A stretch of DNA of 64,000 nt, taken from positions 519,991 to 583,990 of the forward strand of contig JAAOMT010000096.1 of NCBI GenBank assembly GCA_016748015.1, in the 5' to 3' direction. The translations under genes and the position numbers were made by a program. Below, one piece after another: positions 37,825 to 51,000 of the stretch. The notes under the pieces were generated by a model that had not been told where the DNA came from, did no database searches, and saw nothing but the letters and a program-made list of their open reading frames with translations. Source of the DNA: Geosiphon pyriformis uo1. Its lineage: Eukaryota; Fungi; Glomeromycota. Positions within the stretch are counted from its first letter, which is position 1. Each line of letters starts with the position of its first letter.

Positions 37825-40800
37825 TCATGCTTTTTCTATATATAACCAACTATTTAGGCCAATTAAAATAATATTATATACTTAAACTACTTATAACAAA
37901 AAAGTCACACAAAAAACCAAAACATATACTGGACAAATGAAAATGCAAATTAAAACAAACATAAACATCTAACTTAAAACCAAAATTATTAATCATTTTA
38001 AGAAATTACAAGAATATTAAACCAAATACAGCCAAAATTACAAATCTATCATGTAATAAAAGACTATATTTTTTATAATGCACTTTCAGTTTGGCAGTTA
38101 GCAACTACATAGTAGATCTGTAATCTTTAACAAAACTTCAGACCAAATTAATAATTAATAATACATTATTAGATCTGCCACCTAATAAATATATCATGTT
38201 AGCTATTTACTTCTTTATTACAAAGTCTTTGGTCAATAACATATATAAATAATTAAAAGATTTAGCCTTATACAGAGATTAAATTATTATACTGTCAGTA
38301 GTATAGGCATCTAGCAAACCAGTTCATATTTTAATAATTTTCAAAATTAGATTTATCTTAGTGCAATTATTATGAATACAAGAAAACATGTGATTAGAGT
38401 TTTTAACCAACTTATATTAAATGCACAACACATTAAAATAACTTGAATTATATAATTTTTTTTTTAACTATAAACAACCAGTAATATAGAGTTTTTATAA
38501 AGTAAAACTAAAGTATTATAAAAGCTAAACTAGTAAAACCTAAATGAACTTGACCATTAAAATGTCATACATTAAAAGTTTTATGCATATTAATTAGACT
38601 ATACAAAGTCTTGTTTACAGTATTATTAGTATATTTAAAATTCCAACCAACAAAATGAATGGCTTTAAAAAAATGTCTAACAAAATAATAGATGTTTTTA
38701 GAAACAAATCTGTTTTTAATAGCAAAAAAGTGGCATAGTATTTTAACAGACAGCATAAAATTAAACATGGTAGCAGTATTGACAAAAAAATCAATACACT
38801 AATTACCAAAAATTTCAGAATAACTCTTGATCTTATTTTAATTGACTAACAGATTCTTTGACACAATAATCTAATGAATATGTTCCCTTTTTATTCAGAA
38901 TTTATCATAAAAATTGGAACTGATATTTTTTTTAATTGACACTTATATTTAATAATATTGACTATTTATAAATAACACAATTGAACTAAATACTAAAACA
39001 TATTTCAGAGCAAGAGTAATGGTTTGCAGTTTTATTAGAATCAAAAAAAGCAAGTTATTTATCTTAACTTCTACACTTATGTTAATATCCAGAAAATAGG
39101 CAGTAGTATCATCATGAGCATTTACAGATCACAAATTTTTGATTAAATTATCTATATAAACAACTATATTACTAGACCCATTTTTTAAAAAGCATTTGTC
39201 AATAGAACCAAATTTGCTTAAACAGCAAACAGAAGTAAAATGAAAAACCAAAGCACAATTACTATTTAGACTATTATCTTTAATAAACTTGATCAATAAA
39301 TTGAACCAACCAAAAACCAAATCTCTAAAATTCTGTTTCTTTTTAAAATATATTCTATGTAAAACATATACTATAATAATTTAGAAACTGGTTTGCAAAA
39401 ATAATACCAAACTTTTTTAACAAACTTACTATACTCAAATACTATTTCAAGCCTAAAACATCCACAATAGCAATATTAGTACCAATTCAGAAAACATCAG
39501 ACAGATTATTGCTTAAAAATAATTTACACAATATAAAAGTGTTGGTTATATTAACTAAAAAACAGTTCATAAGATTAATCAACAATATAATTAGAAAGCA
39601 AAGGAATTGCCAGAACATCTAACTAATGATTTACAAATTTATAGCTCTGTATTTAAACAATCTGTTAAAAATGTCTTTCAAGTTAGCAAAAACTACCAAA
39701 TTCACCAAAAAATTTTCAGTTTGTATTTGTTTAAATAACTTTAAACCATATAACTTAAGATGAACAATGACTTTATTAAAAAAATTTTTAAGTAAATTGG
39801 TCTTAAGTTTTAGCTTTTTTCTTAATATCTTGTCTTATTTTTTATATACACTTGCTAAAAAATAACTAAATTGTAATCTGTAACCAATTATTGGCTACAA
39901 AACAGCAAACACTAGATATAAAAACTGCTTATTAGATATGATTTTTCTCAAAACCAGATTTGTAAAAAACTTAATATTTAAGTAAGTCTTAATAAGACTT
40001 GGTTTAAAAAAACTGTTTATAGACAAAAAAATGGCTAAGTATTTATGTAATTCATCTTTCTTAGCTATTGAAATATTTGACTTACTTATTATTAAATGAG
40101 GAACTTTTACTCTTTGTTTGATGAGTATAATAACCATCTTATCTGTATTAATTAAAATGTTATTAATTTGAAAAAATTCATTAGCTATGTTTAAAATATG
40201 CTAAATAGCAGTCATACTATTTTCAATTCAAATTGTGTCATTCATGAAAACTCCTACTGTCAAAAAAGATGCTATGCTACTTCTAAGATCCTATTTGCCT
40301 GTTTGCATAAAAATTTTGAATCCAATCTGTAGTCATATAAACTGTCATGTTTTTTAATCTTATAGAGCAAAGAGTTATAGAAGATTTTTTACAGCAAAGG
40401 TAAAAATACCTCATCTTAATCTAGTCTATCATAAATAGTATACCTTTTTATAAGCCCAAAATCTGTTATTACTTAGTTAATTTAATCATTGTATATATTC
40501 TTAAAAAATCTAATAAAATAAAAACACATCTTAATCTTAGCCAAATTGTTCTTTAAATAATATTATCTAACAGAATTATATGTTTTATACATGTTCTGAA
40601 AAACTAGTTACAGCTTTCTGTTTTTTTTCAATATATCTTTAATAATAAAACCAACAGCAAAAATTGAAGTTTAAATGAACATATCTTTTAAAACTGAAAA
40701 ATTATCATCATGTAAGATATTAAAATTACTATAAGTTAAAAAGATCTTATCTGAAAAAATCTTAAATAAAATTTTTTAGGCTGTTTTAATCAAGACTATT

Positions 40801-43560
40801 GGCCTGATATTTGTAAGAATTCTTTTCTAATTATATAATTTTGGTATTATAGAAACTCACACTCTCTTTTACTATATGAAAACTATACCTAATATTAAAC
40901 ACACATTGAAAATATTCAATAAACCACCCAAAACCTACATATTACTATGTTTTCAGAGCTTATTAAAAATACCAGAGAGATCAGTGGCTTTTTTATTAGG
41001 TAAATTTTTAACAATTTGCAAAAACTCATCAAATTTAATATTATATATTACTTTTGAGAAAACATTATTATTAACATGATTCAAAAAAGCATATTAATTA
41101 GACTATTTATTAAACAAAACACTAGGCACTACATGTTTTTTTATCTATTTTTCTATAATTGTGTTAATTATGAATTTAACTTTACATGGCTCTAAAATTA
41201 AATCATTATTAACTATCAGATAGTTAAGTACTATCTTTTAAAATAACTAATCTAAAACACTCTTAATTATTCTCTTCTTATTAGAACAGAAATTTTTTAT
41301 ATGTTTATTAATAGTTTTTTTAATGAGATCATTTTAGACAATTTTGAATTTATAGTATTTAAACTTATAGTACTTTTTCTTAACTCTTAACAAATAATAT
41401 AGAATATCTTTCAAACTTTTATTATTATTAATTATAATATACAATTTGAAAGTTTTTTTCTTATTAATATTAGTTCAAATATTAATAGGACAATTATTTT
41501 TTGAATCTTAATTCTAACTCAAACCCTTTATAATTTTGGTTATTAACAATTCCAATTTAAAAAACTTAGATAATTGCCTATTTTTCAAATATTTTAATTT
41601 ACTAAACCAAAGTTTAGAAAATATTTTATTAGTAGAACTTACTATTACTTTATTTAAAATTTTTTACATAGTATTTAAATTGTCATAACCTTTTGTACTA
41701 TTGAATCCAACCACTTTTTCAAAAATTTGTTTAACAAATACTTCTCAAACTATAACCATTTATTGACTTTAACATTTTTAATTTTGAACTTTTATCTATC
41801 TTTATTAGTCTGTTTATAATCATTATTAAGATGAATATTCAAGAAATTATTTAAACCAACCACAACTAAAACTGCCTTGTAATAAGTTTCAAAAAACTCA
41901 AACACAATATTAACCTCATAATTAACAACTGCAGACACCAGATTTTGGTTTACAAAATTAAATTAATAATCTTTTTAATGCCTTTAAAATTACTTTAAGT
42001 AAGAATCTTGGCTAATAAATATCTACTAAATAAGTTAATTAAGTTTAAATCTCCACAAAACTTAAAACTTGTATTTTACTTTGAACTGTTTTTATTAAAA
42101 TTCTTACCCAATATCATAAAAGTATTAAAGTTAACAGTCTTAGCAATAAAAGAGTTGACTTTCAACACCTAATCAAATTTAGTCTTAACAAAAACACCTG
42201 TATACAAATCCAAAATTATAACTGATAATTTATTCTTAAACAAAAGCTGTATTAAAATAATTTGACTAGAGACCTCTTCTATTTTTAAGACATGTTGAAC
42301 TAAAAAATTGTTTATAATAATTGCCACTTTAGCACCAAAAAAGCCTTTGTTTAAATCAGATGTGAAAATTTTTATCTCATCAAATTTACTTGTAATTTAT
42401 GGTCTAATACTAGATCATAACTTTGTTTCTATAATAATAAAAATTATATTACTTGATTCTGTATACCAATAAACAACATTTTTTTGTTTAGCAGGAATGT
42501 TGATATTATAAACATTACATGTAGTAATTTTTCAGATCAAATCAGTTATTAAGCTGAGACAACTACAAAAAAATTCAAGTCAGCATACAACTAATTCAAT
42601 TTTACTAATACTGAACTAACTAAAGTTTTAAGAACTATTATTTTTGATTCCAAACCATTTATTTTGGTGGTTAAAATTTTTGAGCTACTTAAATTAAGAA
42701 TGAAATTTTTATTCATTGTTAATAAAATAAAATAAAAAAAGACAATAAAAAGTTATTCAAAATCATGTCTAAATCTGACTTTGAAAACATAGGCACAAAA
42801 ACAGCTGGTAATAAAAAATAATAAATAAACACCAAATTCACATTGTTTAGTCTTTGCACAATACCAAACATTTGGTCAGCTAAAAGCTTTAAAAAATGTT
42901 TTAAAAAAACTAATTAATTATCAATAAAAGAATTATTCTGTAATGCAAAAAAAATCTTATCTGAAAACAAAATACTTAAAAAAAAAGAACCTAAATCAAG
43001 ACTTAAAAAAACATTATTGAAAGCAGAAGCCAGCAAGACCATTTAAGCTCATAATTTGTTATCAAAGGCAGCAAAACAAAAAATAAAAACACTTTTCTTA
43101 ACATATAACTTAGCAAGCTGAAAACAATTCTTATTTGAAACAGATTTTTTAAATATCTTGAAAGACAGAGAAATAAAGACATTAGATGCATTATACTACA
43201 AAGCCAAATATTCAAAACACCTGTATTTTTTGCAATAAACCAAATCCAATTTGGCCCAAAAGAGTTTCACACCACTAAAAATTGGCTTTATGTAAAAGAC
43301 AGATTTAAGTTTTTTTTTGATTCAAAGTTAACTATAATACAGTAAACTCTATTACCAGTTTTGAATGATCTATTAATAATACAAGTTTTTCTACCAGCTC
43401 TATCCAATAAAGTACCAAGATTATGAGCAATTGTTTTTACTAACAAAATACACAAAAATGCTCTAAACCAATTTTATAACATTCAGATTTTAAAATTTTT
43501 TACAGTCTTAACTACTTATACAGAATTTTTTTTAATTAAAAATGATTACTTAGATGTCAA
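37825..43560 (-). mobile_element. Degenerate near-complete LINE (end of ORF1; ORF2 APE-RT-RNase H)
   Basis: APE start at ~42540 (IATCNV relic). RT motifs VFQNMYKTYNSV (~40570-40605) and GVFMNDTI*I (~40228-40255, FVDD-type). RNase H start VVYIDNL (~39140). Confidence 0.85.
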
Positions 43561-43904
43561 ATAATTTATAGCCAAAAACAAAGACAGTTTCTAAATACTA
43601 TTTCTTAAACACAAAGCTTTTACACAATACAGTATACACAGTATTGTTAAATATACACACTAAAAGCAATTGTAAAACACAAAACAATAATAAATTCAAG
43701 CCTAACACAGAACTTTATTGAACAAAACATGAATCAAGTAGTTTTTTGTGAATACTAAAGTCTATTATGCATGTAAAAAAATAATTAGAGAGCTTAATTT
43801 TTTTACAATATAAACATAATACATTAAAATACTTTTTATCATATAAGTATTTTTAAACAACAACAGATAAATAATAATGTAAAGTCTTTATAAAGTATGA
43901 ACAT

Positions 43905-44877
43905 TGTTACCAGTAAAATTTTAACTATTAATTAGCATGAAATTACTCTTTTAATTCTTATTATTAATTAACATATATTATTATTATTTCGATTATTACT
44001 TATTATTTAATCAAATTATCAAATATTATTACTTAATTAATAACTCAATTTGTACCATAAAAATTAAAATGATCAAATTACACAATATCCTGAACTATTT
44101 AATATAATCAAAATTCGCCGAAATTGATAAAAATTAGCCGAAATAATTAATAGTTTGTAGAAATAACTTGTAGTTTACCAAAATGTATCTTTAATTTACC
44201 AAAATTAGAGCAAAGAGAAAAGTGCAAGTTCAAAAACTAGTACTACAACAAGTTGTATAAAAAAAAAGCTTTTCTCTTCAAGAAAATGTATTTTTTCATA
44301 GTATTTTACTATAGTATCTTACTTTAAATATCTTAATTGGAACAAATCATCTTTTACATATTTCAAATAAAAATTAAATATTCGAAAAACAAAATCTTTT
44401 GATTATTATACTTGAAATTCTCTCAACACAACTAACATTTTGAAATTAATTAGCTACCAATTTCAGTAATCTGTTAGTGACTCTAGGCCTAAATAGAAAA
44501 CGTTTCTCTTGTTAAAATTCTATTTTTTTTATATTTTTTATATTTTCTTTTACTTTTTTTTATCATAATCATTAGGGTAGTCTACAAACAAGATTTCTGT
44601 AGAAGAGTTGATTTTCACAGCAAAGTAACTACACATTTTAGTAAGCTTTTAGACAAGCAATTCTTGAAAAAGAGTTAACATTTACTACAATGTAACTACA
44701 TAAAGTAACTGGCATAGAATTGGCCATTTTACTTATAAGTCCAGCAGTTTAAATTATAAGAAATAATTTGAAGATAAATTCAGTTATTAGAGATTCAACT
44801 GCTTCTAGAAAATGTGAATTTATAACAAACAAACATTAACAATATTTAAGAAAAGAGACCAAAAACTTCTAGTAACA
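43905..44877 (+). mobile_element. Solo LTR, family B, with perfect 4-bp TSD ACAT
   Basis: TGTTACC...GTAACA, with acat at 43901-43904 and 44878-44881. It is the inverse of the 16779 and 25690 LTRs. Confidence 0.93.
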
Positions 44878-45356
44878 ACATAAACCAGCAGTAGCTTTAC
44901 TTATAAAACCAGATACTATATACAAGTTGGAGTGCCAAACTAATAAAGTCTGAATCCAATTTACATTCTTAATTATGTCTTTATAAATAATACTAGAACC
45001 AAGCCCAACTTCCTAACAAGCACAATAAACAGTCCTAAACATATTGTAAACAAAATGACAAATATTCTTAAACACTGCTATTCTATTAGTACAGATATAT
45101 CTCTTCTTGACAAGAATAGAAAATAACATATTCAAACATAAAACTAAGTCAACTAACATGTCAGTATACTTATTACTTAAGACACCCAAATGGTCTTTAA
45201 CTTTGATCTATGAAGCAATAAATTTCTTATATTTAATAAAGTTTGCAATACTACACTTTTCAAGTCAACAGTAATTACAAAAATCAGGTAAAGCCATATC
45301 CAATTCTATAACACATATATCCAAAATGGTTTAACTATCTGAATACATCTTAATAT

Positions 45357-46022
45357 TGTTACGGGTTGGAGTAACAAGCTAACGGATAGCAAGAAAGAAC
45401 AGTATTGTATGGTGATGGAAATAAACAAAGAGGGAATTACAATAAGGGAGCGAATTGAATAAGTAGGAATTCAATGTGCGTGATCAGTCTCATAAAAATC
45501 ACAGTCGCTAATCTTTTCTTAAATCTGAAGGTAAAAGAATAGTCTGTGATTGTCAACAAGATAACACTGCTGCTATTATTCTATGCCTCAACTTGGCAAT
45601 TTTTAGAATCAATAACAGGTATTGTTGTGCTTTTCAATTGTTTTTTTATTCAATGAATTACAAGAGCAAGCCAATTGCTTCTTAGGCTAATTCTAACAAA
45701 TACAAATCAAGAAGAGAAAAAGATAAGGTATGTGAATGCCAACAAGTAGATACTTAAAGATAAGGAAAGGGGAATAAGCGATTATGAGAAGAAGTAATTA
45801 ATATTGTTTGTTTCATTACTTTAATCATGTATTTCTACAGCTAAGGGAATCATTGCTTATATAGCTATCTAAAGTGGTCAATGACCAGGTCAATGATCAG
45901 GTCAATGGTTAGGTCATTAATCAGATTAACAATTACTATCTAAAAATAGGGTGGCTAATTATATGACATTAGTGGCTAATACATGTGATAACTAATAAAA
46001 ACTATGGGTTTCAACCATAACA
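45357..46022 (-). repeat. 3' LTR, family A (666 bp)
   Basis: Direct repeat of 52348-53085. Confidence 0.97.
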
Positions 46023-46648
46023 TCATCCTTTCCAAAGAGATTGAGCTCCGGCGAAATCAAGCTATTTATGAGATAGTCTATGTGAAGGGTTTTGTCTAAC
46101 TCAAAACTAACTAGTTTGTTGAAGTTTTTTGTAGATAGGGTATATAATACTTGAAGTGAAATAAGTTTTGTATCCAAGAGACCAAATCTTTGTATAAGAG
46201 TTCTGGCTCTTCTAGCAATGGTTAAAACTTTTGGGACATCTAATTGTATAATGCCCAAAATTTCCCCTTGTATCTCTGAAGTTGTTTTCTTCATGAACTT
46301 TATGTCTTCTATGATTTCACCAAGGCAACCATAGAGTTCTAGTCGTCTTTCATATGACAAGTTTTTGTCTATGGGCAAGATTTCTTGTATTGTTTTTCCA
46401 ATTGTGCTGGAAGGTGAAAGTATCACTGTTGTTATGCTTTCCAGCAGGTATTTATCCATTTTGCTACCAATTCTTTCTCTTCTGGTAGTTGTTTTCTTTG
46501 GTCTGATAACAGTGTGAGTTCCACTGTTGTCTGTTATGATGGTTTGTTTTTCGATAGTCAGAGTAGCATTTGGATAGTTCTTGATTCAGTACTTATGGAG
46601 AATATAGAAAGCGTTTTGAATGTTTTGATTCAGGAAATAATTGTTCAT
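45992..46648 (-). pseudogene. Accessory ORF3 of the family A Gypsy (~218 codons, one TGA at 46586-46588)
   Basis: The ATG at 46648 is in frame with ORF 45992-46459, with a single probable CGA>TGA stop. The ORF ends within the 3' LTR. Confidence 0.8.
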
Positions 46649-46689
46649 GTCAATTAAAGATACCTCTGTTTTGGAAATAGTGCATTTAT

Positions 46690-48009
46690 TTATATCTGAT
46701 TTTTGCTGATCATTTGGGTCAGTATTACTATAACAGGTAACCAATCAGGTTGTTTGTAATATTTCTTGAATCGCATGCCATGAACAGGGCAATCACTGAA
46801 TATTGTTCCATATTGATCTTGTAGGATATATGAACCATTGTTCAAAACTTTGTTGACTATAAAAGATTCTTTTCAGCAGCTGGAGAATTTATCACCATAG
46901 ACATTGTCTCTGTCTGAACGGTATTCCAAAACTAAGTCATCAATACTTAAGGAAAATGTTTTATAGGTCTTTTTCTTTTTGAGCTTCTCTTGGAACTGTT
47001 TTATCTTTTCAAAAACAATTATCCATGCTTCTACCAATGAGTCAAGAATGGTACCAAGTCTTCTTTGCAAAATGTCTTTGTAATCTCCTATTGTTATTTT
47101 TTCAAAAGGTATTGTTTCTATATCTGTTTCTATTGGTAGAGTTGCCATTTGTCTATAGAGCAGATAAAAAAGTTCATAACTTGTTATGTCATGATTCACA
47201 GTTCTGTAGGCAAACAAAGCTGAAGGCAATACTTTGTCCCATAGGTTGGTTTCTTCACTGGTTTTGGCTAGGGTTTCACATAGTGTTCTATTGAAACGTT
47301 TCACTAGGCCATTTGTTTAGGGGTAATAAGGAGAAGAGAGTTTATGATGTATTTCCATTTTTTTGCAAAGTTCTTCAACCAGTGTACTGAGAAAAGCTCT
47401 TCCTCTATCAGATAAAAGTTCTTTGGAGCAGCCATGGTGACAAATAATATCTTCATAAATGAAATTGGCAATTGAGACTGCTGTTTGATCTGGAGTGGCT
47501 CTTGCTTCTACCCACTTTGTAAGATAGTCGGTAGTTGTAATAATGTATTTGTTGCCATCAGGAGTTACTGTTAAAGATCCAACAACATCTATACCAATTC
47601 TGTCAAATTGTTGACCAACAGAAATTGAATGGATATCTTCCTTGCGATTGGGTTTTCCTCTTCTTTGGCAGGTATCACAAGTTTTGATGTATTCAGCAAT
47701 GTCTTTTCCCAAGGTAGGCCAATAATAGTGAGCTAAAGTTTTCTGAATTGTTTTTGTTTTTCCAAAGTGTCCAGCTAATGGATCAGTGTACATATTGTAG
47801 ATCACAATTTCTCTTTCTTCAAATCTAATAACTCTCTGGAGGTGGTCAAGATCTTTTTTATTTCTTTTATATAACTGGTTCTGGTGAATCAAATAGAAAT
47901 TTGATTGTTTGCGCAAATGTTCTCTTTGCTGTCAAGTATAGTCTGGTGGGTATTGTCCTTTACCCAAAAATTTCATTAAAACAGAGTAGTTGTCCAAGTT
48001 CATTATCAT
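46690..48009 (-). pseudogene. Gypsy integrase ORF (HHCC-type zinc finger, DDE, GPY/F-like)
   Basis: PLAGHFG..CDTCQ, IGIDVVG, ELLSDRGRAF, TNGLVKRFNRTL and VHGMRFKKYY. ATG at 48009, a few stops, no chromodomain seen. Confidence 0.93.
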
Positions 48010-48068
48010 GTTTGTTTGTGGGGGAGTTACAAATAATTAAGTTGGTTTGGTTTGAGAGGGTTTTGCTA

Positions 48069-51000
48069 TTACTGGATGGTAAGTCTGAAAAGAGCATCGG
48101 CGTTTTGATGATTAGCTTCTTTGTGATGTTGAATGTTATAGTCGAATTCATCCAAGTGGAGTATTCAGTGAGTTATCCATTTATGTTCCAGGTTTTTTTT
48201 GTTGTGTAGCCAAACCAAAGCTTGGTGATTTGTTACCACCAAAAATTTCACACCTTTAAGATATTTGTCCCAGTAGCTGGTAGTGCAAACTACTGCTAAG
48301 CATTCCTGCTTAGTAACTGAGTAGTTTTTTTCTGCTGGTGTGTGAGTTCTACTGACATATGCTATGGTATGTTCTCTGTTATCTTCATCTTTCTGAGAAA
48401 GAACAGCACCAAGTCCATAACCAGATGCATCAGTGTAGAGGATAAAAAGTTGATCCAGATTAGGTTGTATAAGAATGGGTTCTGTAATCAGTTTTTCTTT
48501 CAGAATTTCAAATGCTTTTTGTTGATGAGTGCTCCAGTGATAATTGATGTTTTTTCTAAGTAGCTGATTGAGAGGAGTGGCAATTTTGGAGAAATTCTTG
48601 ACAAACTTGCGATAATAAGAGGCCAAACCAAGAAAAGAGCATAGTTCATGAACATTTATTGGTTGTCTAATGTTTTGAACTTTTTCAATTTTGGCTGGAT
48701 CAGGGAAGATTCCATCTTTTATAATAAGATGGCCAAGGAACTGGGTGGATTGACATCCAAAGAATGATTTAATTGGATTGATTTTGAGGCCAGCATTTCT
48801 AAGGAGGTCAAAAACCTTTTGCAAATGTTCAAGATGTTCATCTCAGGTTTTTGAGTATACCATTATGTTGTCCAAGTAGACTAGAACAAAGTTTTTTTTT
48901 ACTGATTCAAATACTTTGTCCATTAAGCGTTGAAAGGTGGAAGGAGCATTTGTGAGACCAAAAGGCATGATTGTGAATTTGTAGGTGCCATACTTGGTAA
49001 TGAAGGCAGTTTTCTTTTTGCTTTCTGGATCCATCTCTACTTGCCAGAATCCAGCAGTTAAGTCAATGGTTGAGAAGAAAGCAGCACCATGGAATTGGTC
49101 TAGCATTGCATCAATCTTGAGAAGTGGGTACATGTCTCTTTCAGTAATGGCATTTAATTGGCAATAGTCAACACAAAAGCATAGGGTTCCTTCTTTCTTG
49201 GATACCACTACAACTGGGAATGCCCATTTACTCTTGGTTTCCTGTATGAATCTAAGGTTTTTCATTCGGTTTATTTCTTTTTTGATAAACTCATCATTGT
49301 GCCAGTTGGATTGATAGGGCTTCAAATAGATGGGGTGAGTTTTTCTGGTGATAATGGTGTGTTGTATCACATGTGTACATCCAGGAGGTTCACTTTCTTT
49401 TGAGATAACTGGGCTATTTCTAGCCAGCAGGTTTTCAATGTCTATCTTTCTTTCTTCTGGAAAGAGTTCTCTTTGTTCTACAACCAGTGATTGGATTTCA
49501 GGTAGTTTGTTTTCAAAGGACTTTTGGACTTCTTTTATTTCTTCACGGGGTATCAAGCTGATTGGTTCCCAATCTTTGTAATAGATCAGGCAGGACATGC
49601 ATTCATCGCTAGGAGAATACAATGGTTTGTTGCACCAGCACCAGGCACAAAGACCATGCCACCAATAACTGTATTTGGCTTTCTTGTCTGGCTTTCTGTC
49701 AAAGGTTTTTCTGAGCATGTCATAATAAGGCCAGCAGATCAGCTTGCCATTGACAATGATTCTTTCTTTATTTGCCTTGACATTATCCAATGGTTTGCCA
49801 TTGCTGGTAAAAATGGTATAGGTGAGTTCAGTAGTTTCTTTTTGTTCTTTTTCTTTCTCACTTTCTTCATCATCTGATTCATCTGATTCATTTTCTTCTG
49901 GGCTCTGCTTGGGTACTGGGGGAGTTGTCCAATGGCGACACTTAACCACAATGGGTTTCTCACCACATCTGATGGTTAGTTTACAAAGTTTATAATCAAG
50001 CAAAGCTTTTGCTTTCTTGAGCCATTCATTGCCAACAATGATGGTGTATTCTTTCACTTCAGATACTTCCATATTAGTTTCAATGCTGATGTCATTGATG
50101 CAGACAGGAATAGCTTTGGCTATGCCAAGCCCTTTCTTCTTATCACCATGCACATTGGTCATTGGTCATGTGAATGGTTTATCAATTTTTCTGCCAATTG
50201 CTTCAAGAAAGTGTTTGGCAATAACACTAACAGATGATCTACTGTCTAGGATCAAATCAATAAAGTAGCCAGCCACTTGGGCTTTACAAATTAGAGAAGT
50301 AACATTGCTATTGTCAGCAAGTCCAGCTTGGCAAGGGCATTTGTTGGTTTTGGGTGTCTTTTTCTTTGGAATTAGAGATTTGCAAAGATTTTTTCTGAAT
50401 TGTGAATGGGTCATCAATTGGCCAAAGGTTATATGTGCTGGGGTTTCTATAAAGTCTTTGACAACAGAATAGGGGCCGAATTTTTGTACTATTTCTGGGG
50501 GTTTCAACTTTGGAGGGTTTTTGAAAACTTTGGCTTTTGGGGGCTTATTGTTGTCAGCAGTTGATGTAGAAGCTTTATTGGGATCCAGAACAAAATCAAC
50601 TTTGGCTTTCTTCTTCTTTCTTGTGAATTCAGAGAGGTTGGTTGCTAGTTCATTCATGTCATGGTCATCATCAGTTAAGTTAAAAGTGAAAAAAGGGTTT
50701 TCTTCTGGTTGGCTTGCACTCTCACCCTTTGGAGATGTGCCTACCAGTTTAAAGGCTGATAAACAGTGGCTTCAACCAGGGGATCCTCTCCAAAAAAATT
50801 GATGTTGGCATGATTGGGTCTTTGGTTGGGCACATTGTTGTTGTTGGGTCTGTTGTTCTGAGCATCATTGTTTCTGGGAACTGGTGGAGGCAGTGGAGGA
50901 TTGTTGCAATCTCTTGAAAAGTGTCCAGTTAATCCACAGCGATAGCATACAGATGGGCCACAATTTTGTTGTCTTTGATAAGGTGGTTGCTGGGACTGAT

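Noticed and set aside
45992-46459. ORF3 as an envelope gene or chromodomain
   Set aside because: No signal peptide, TM helix or chromodomain aromatic-cage pattern is visible.
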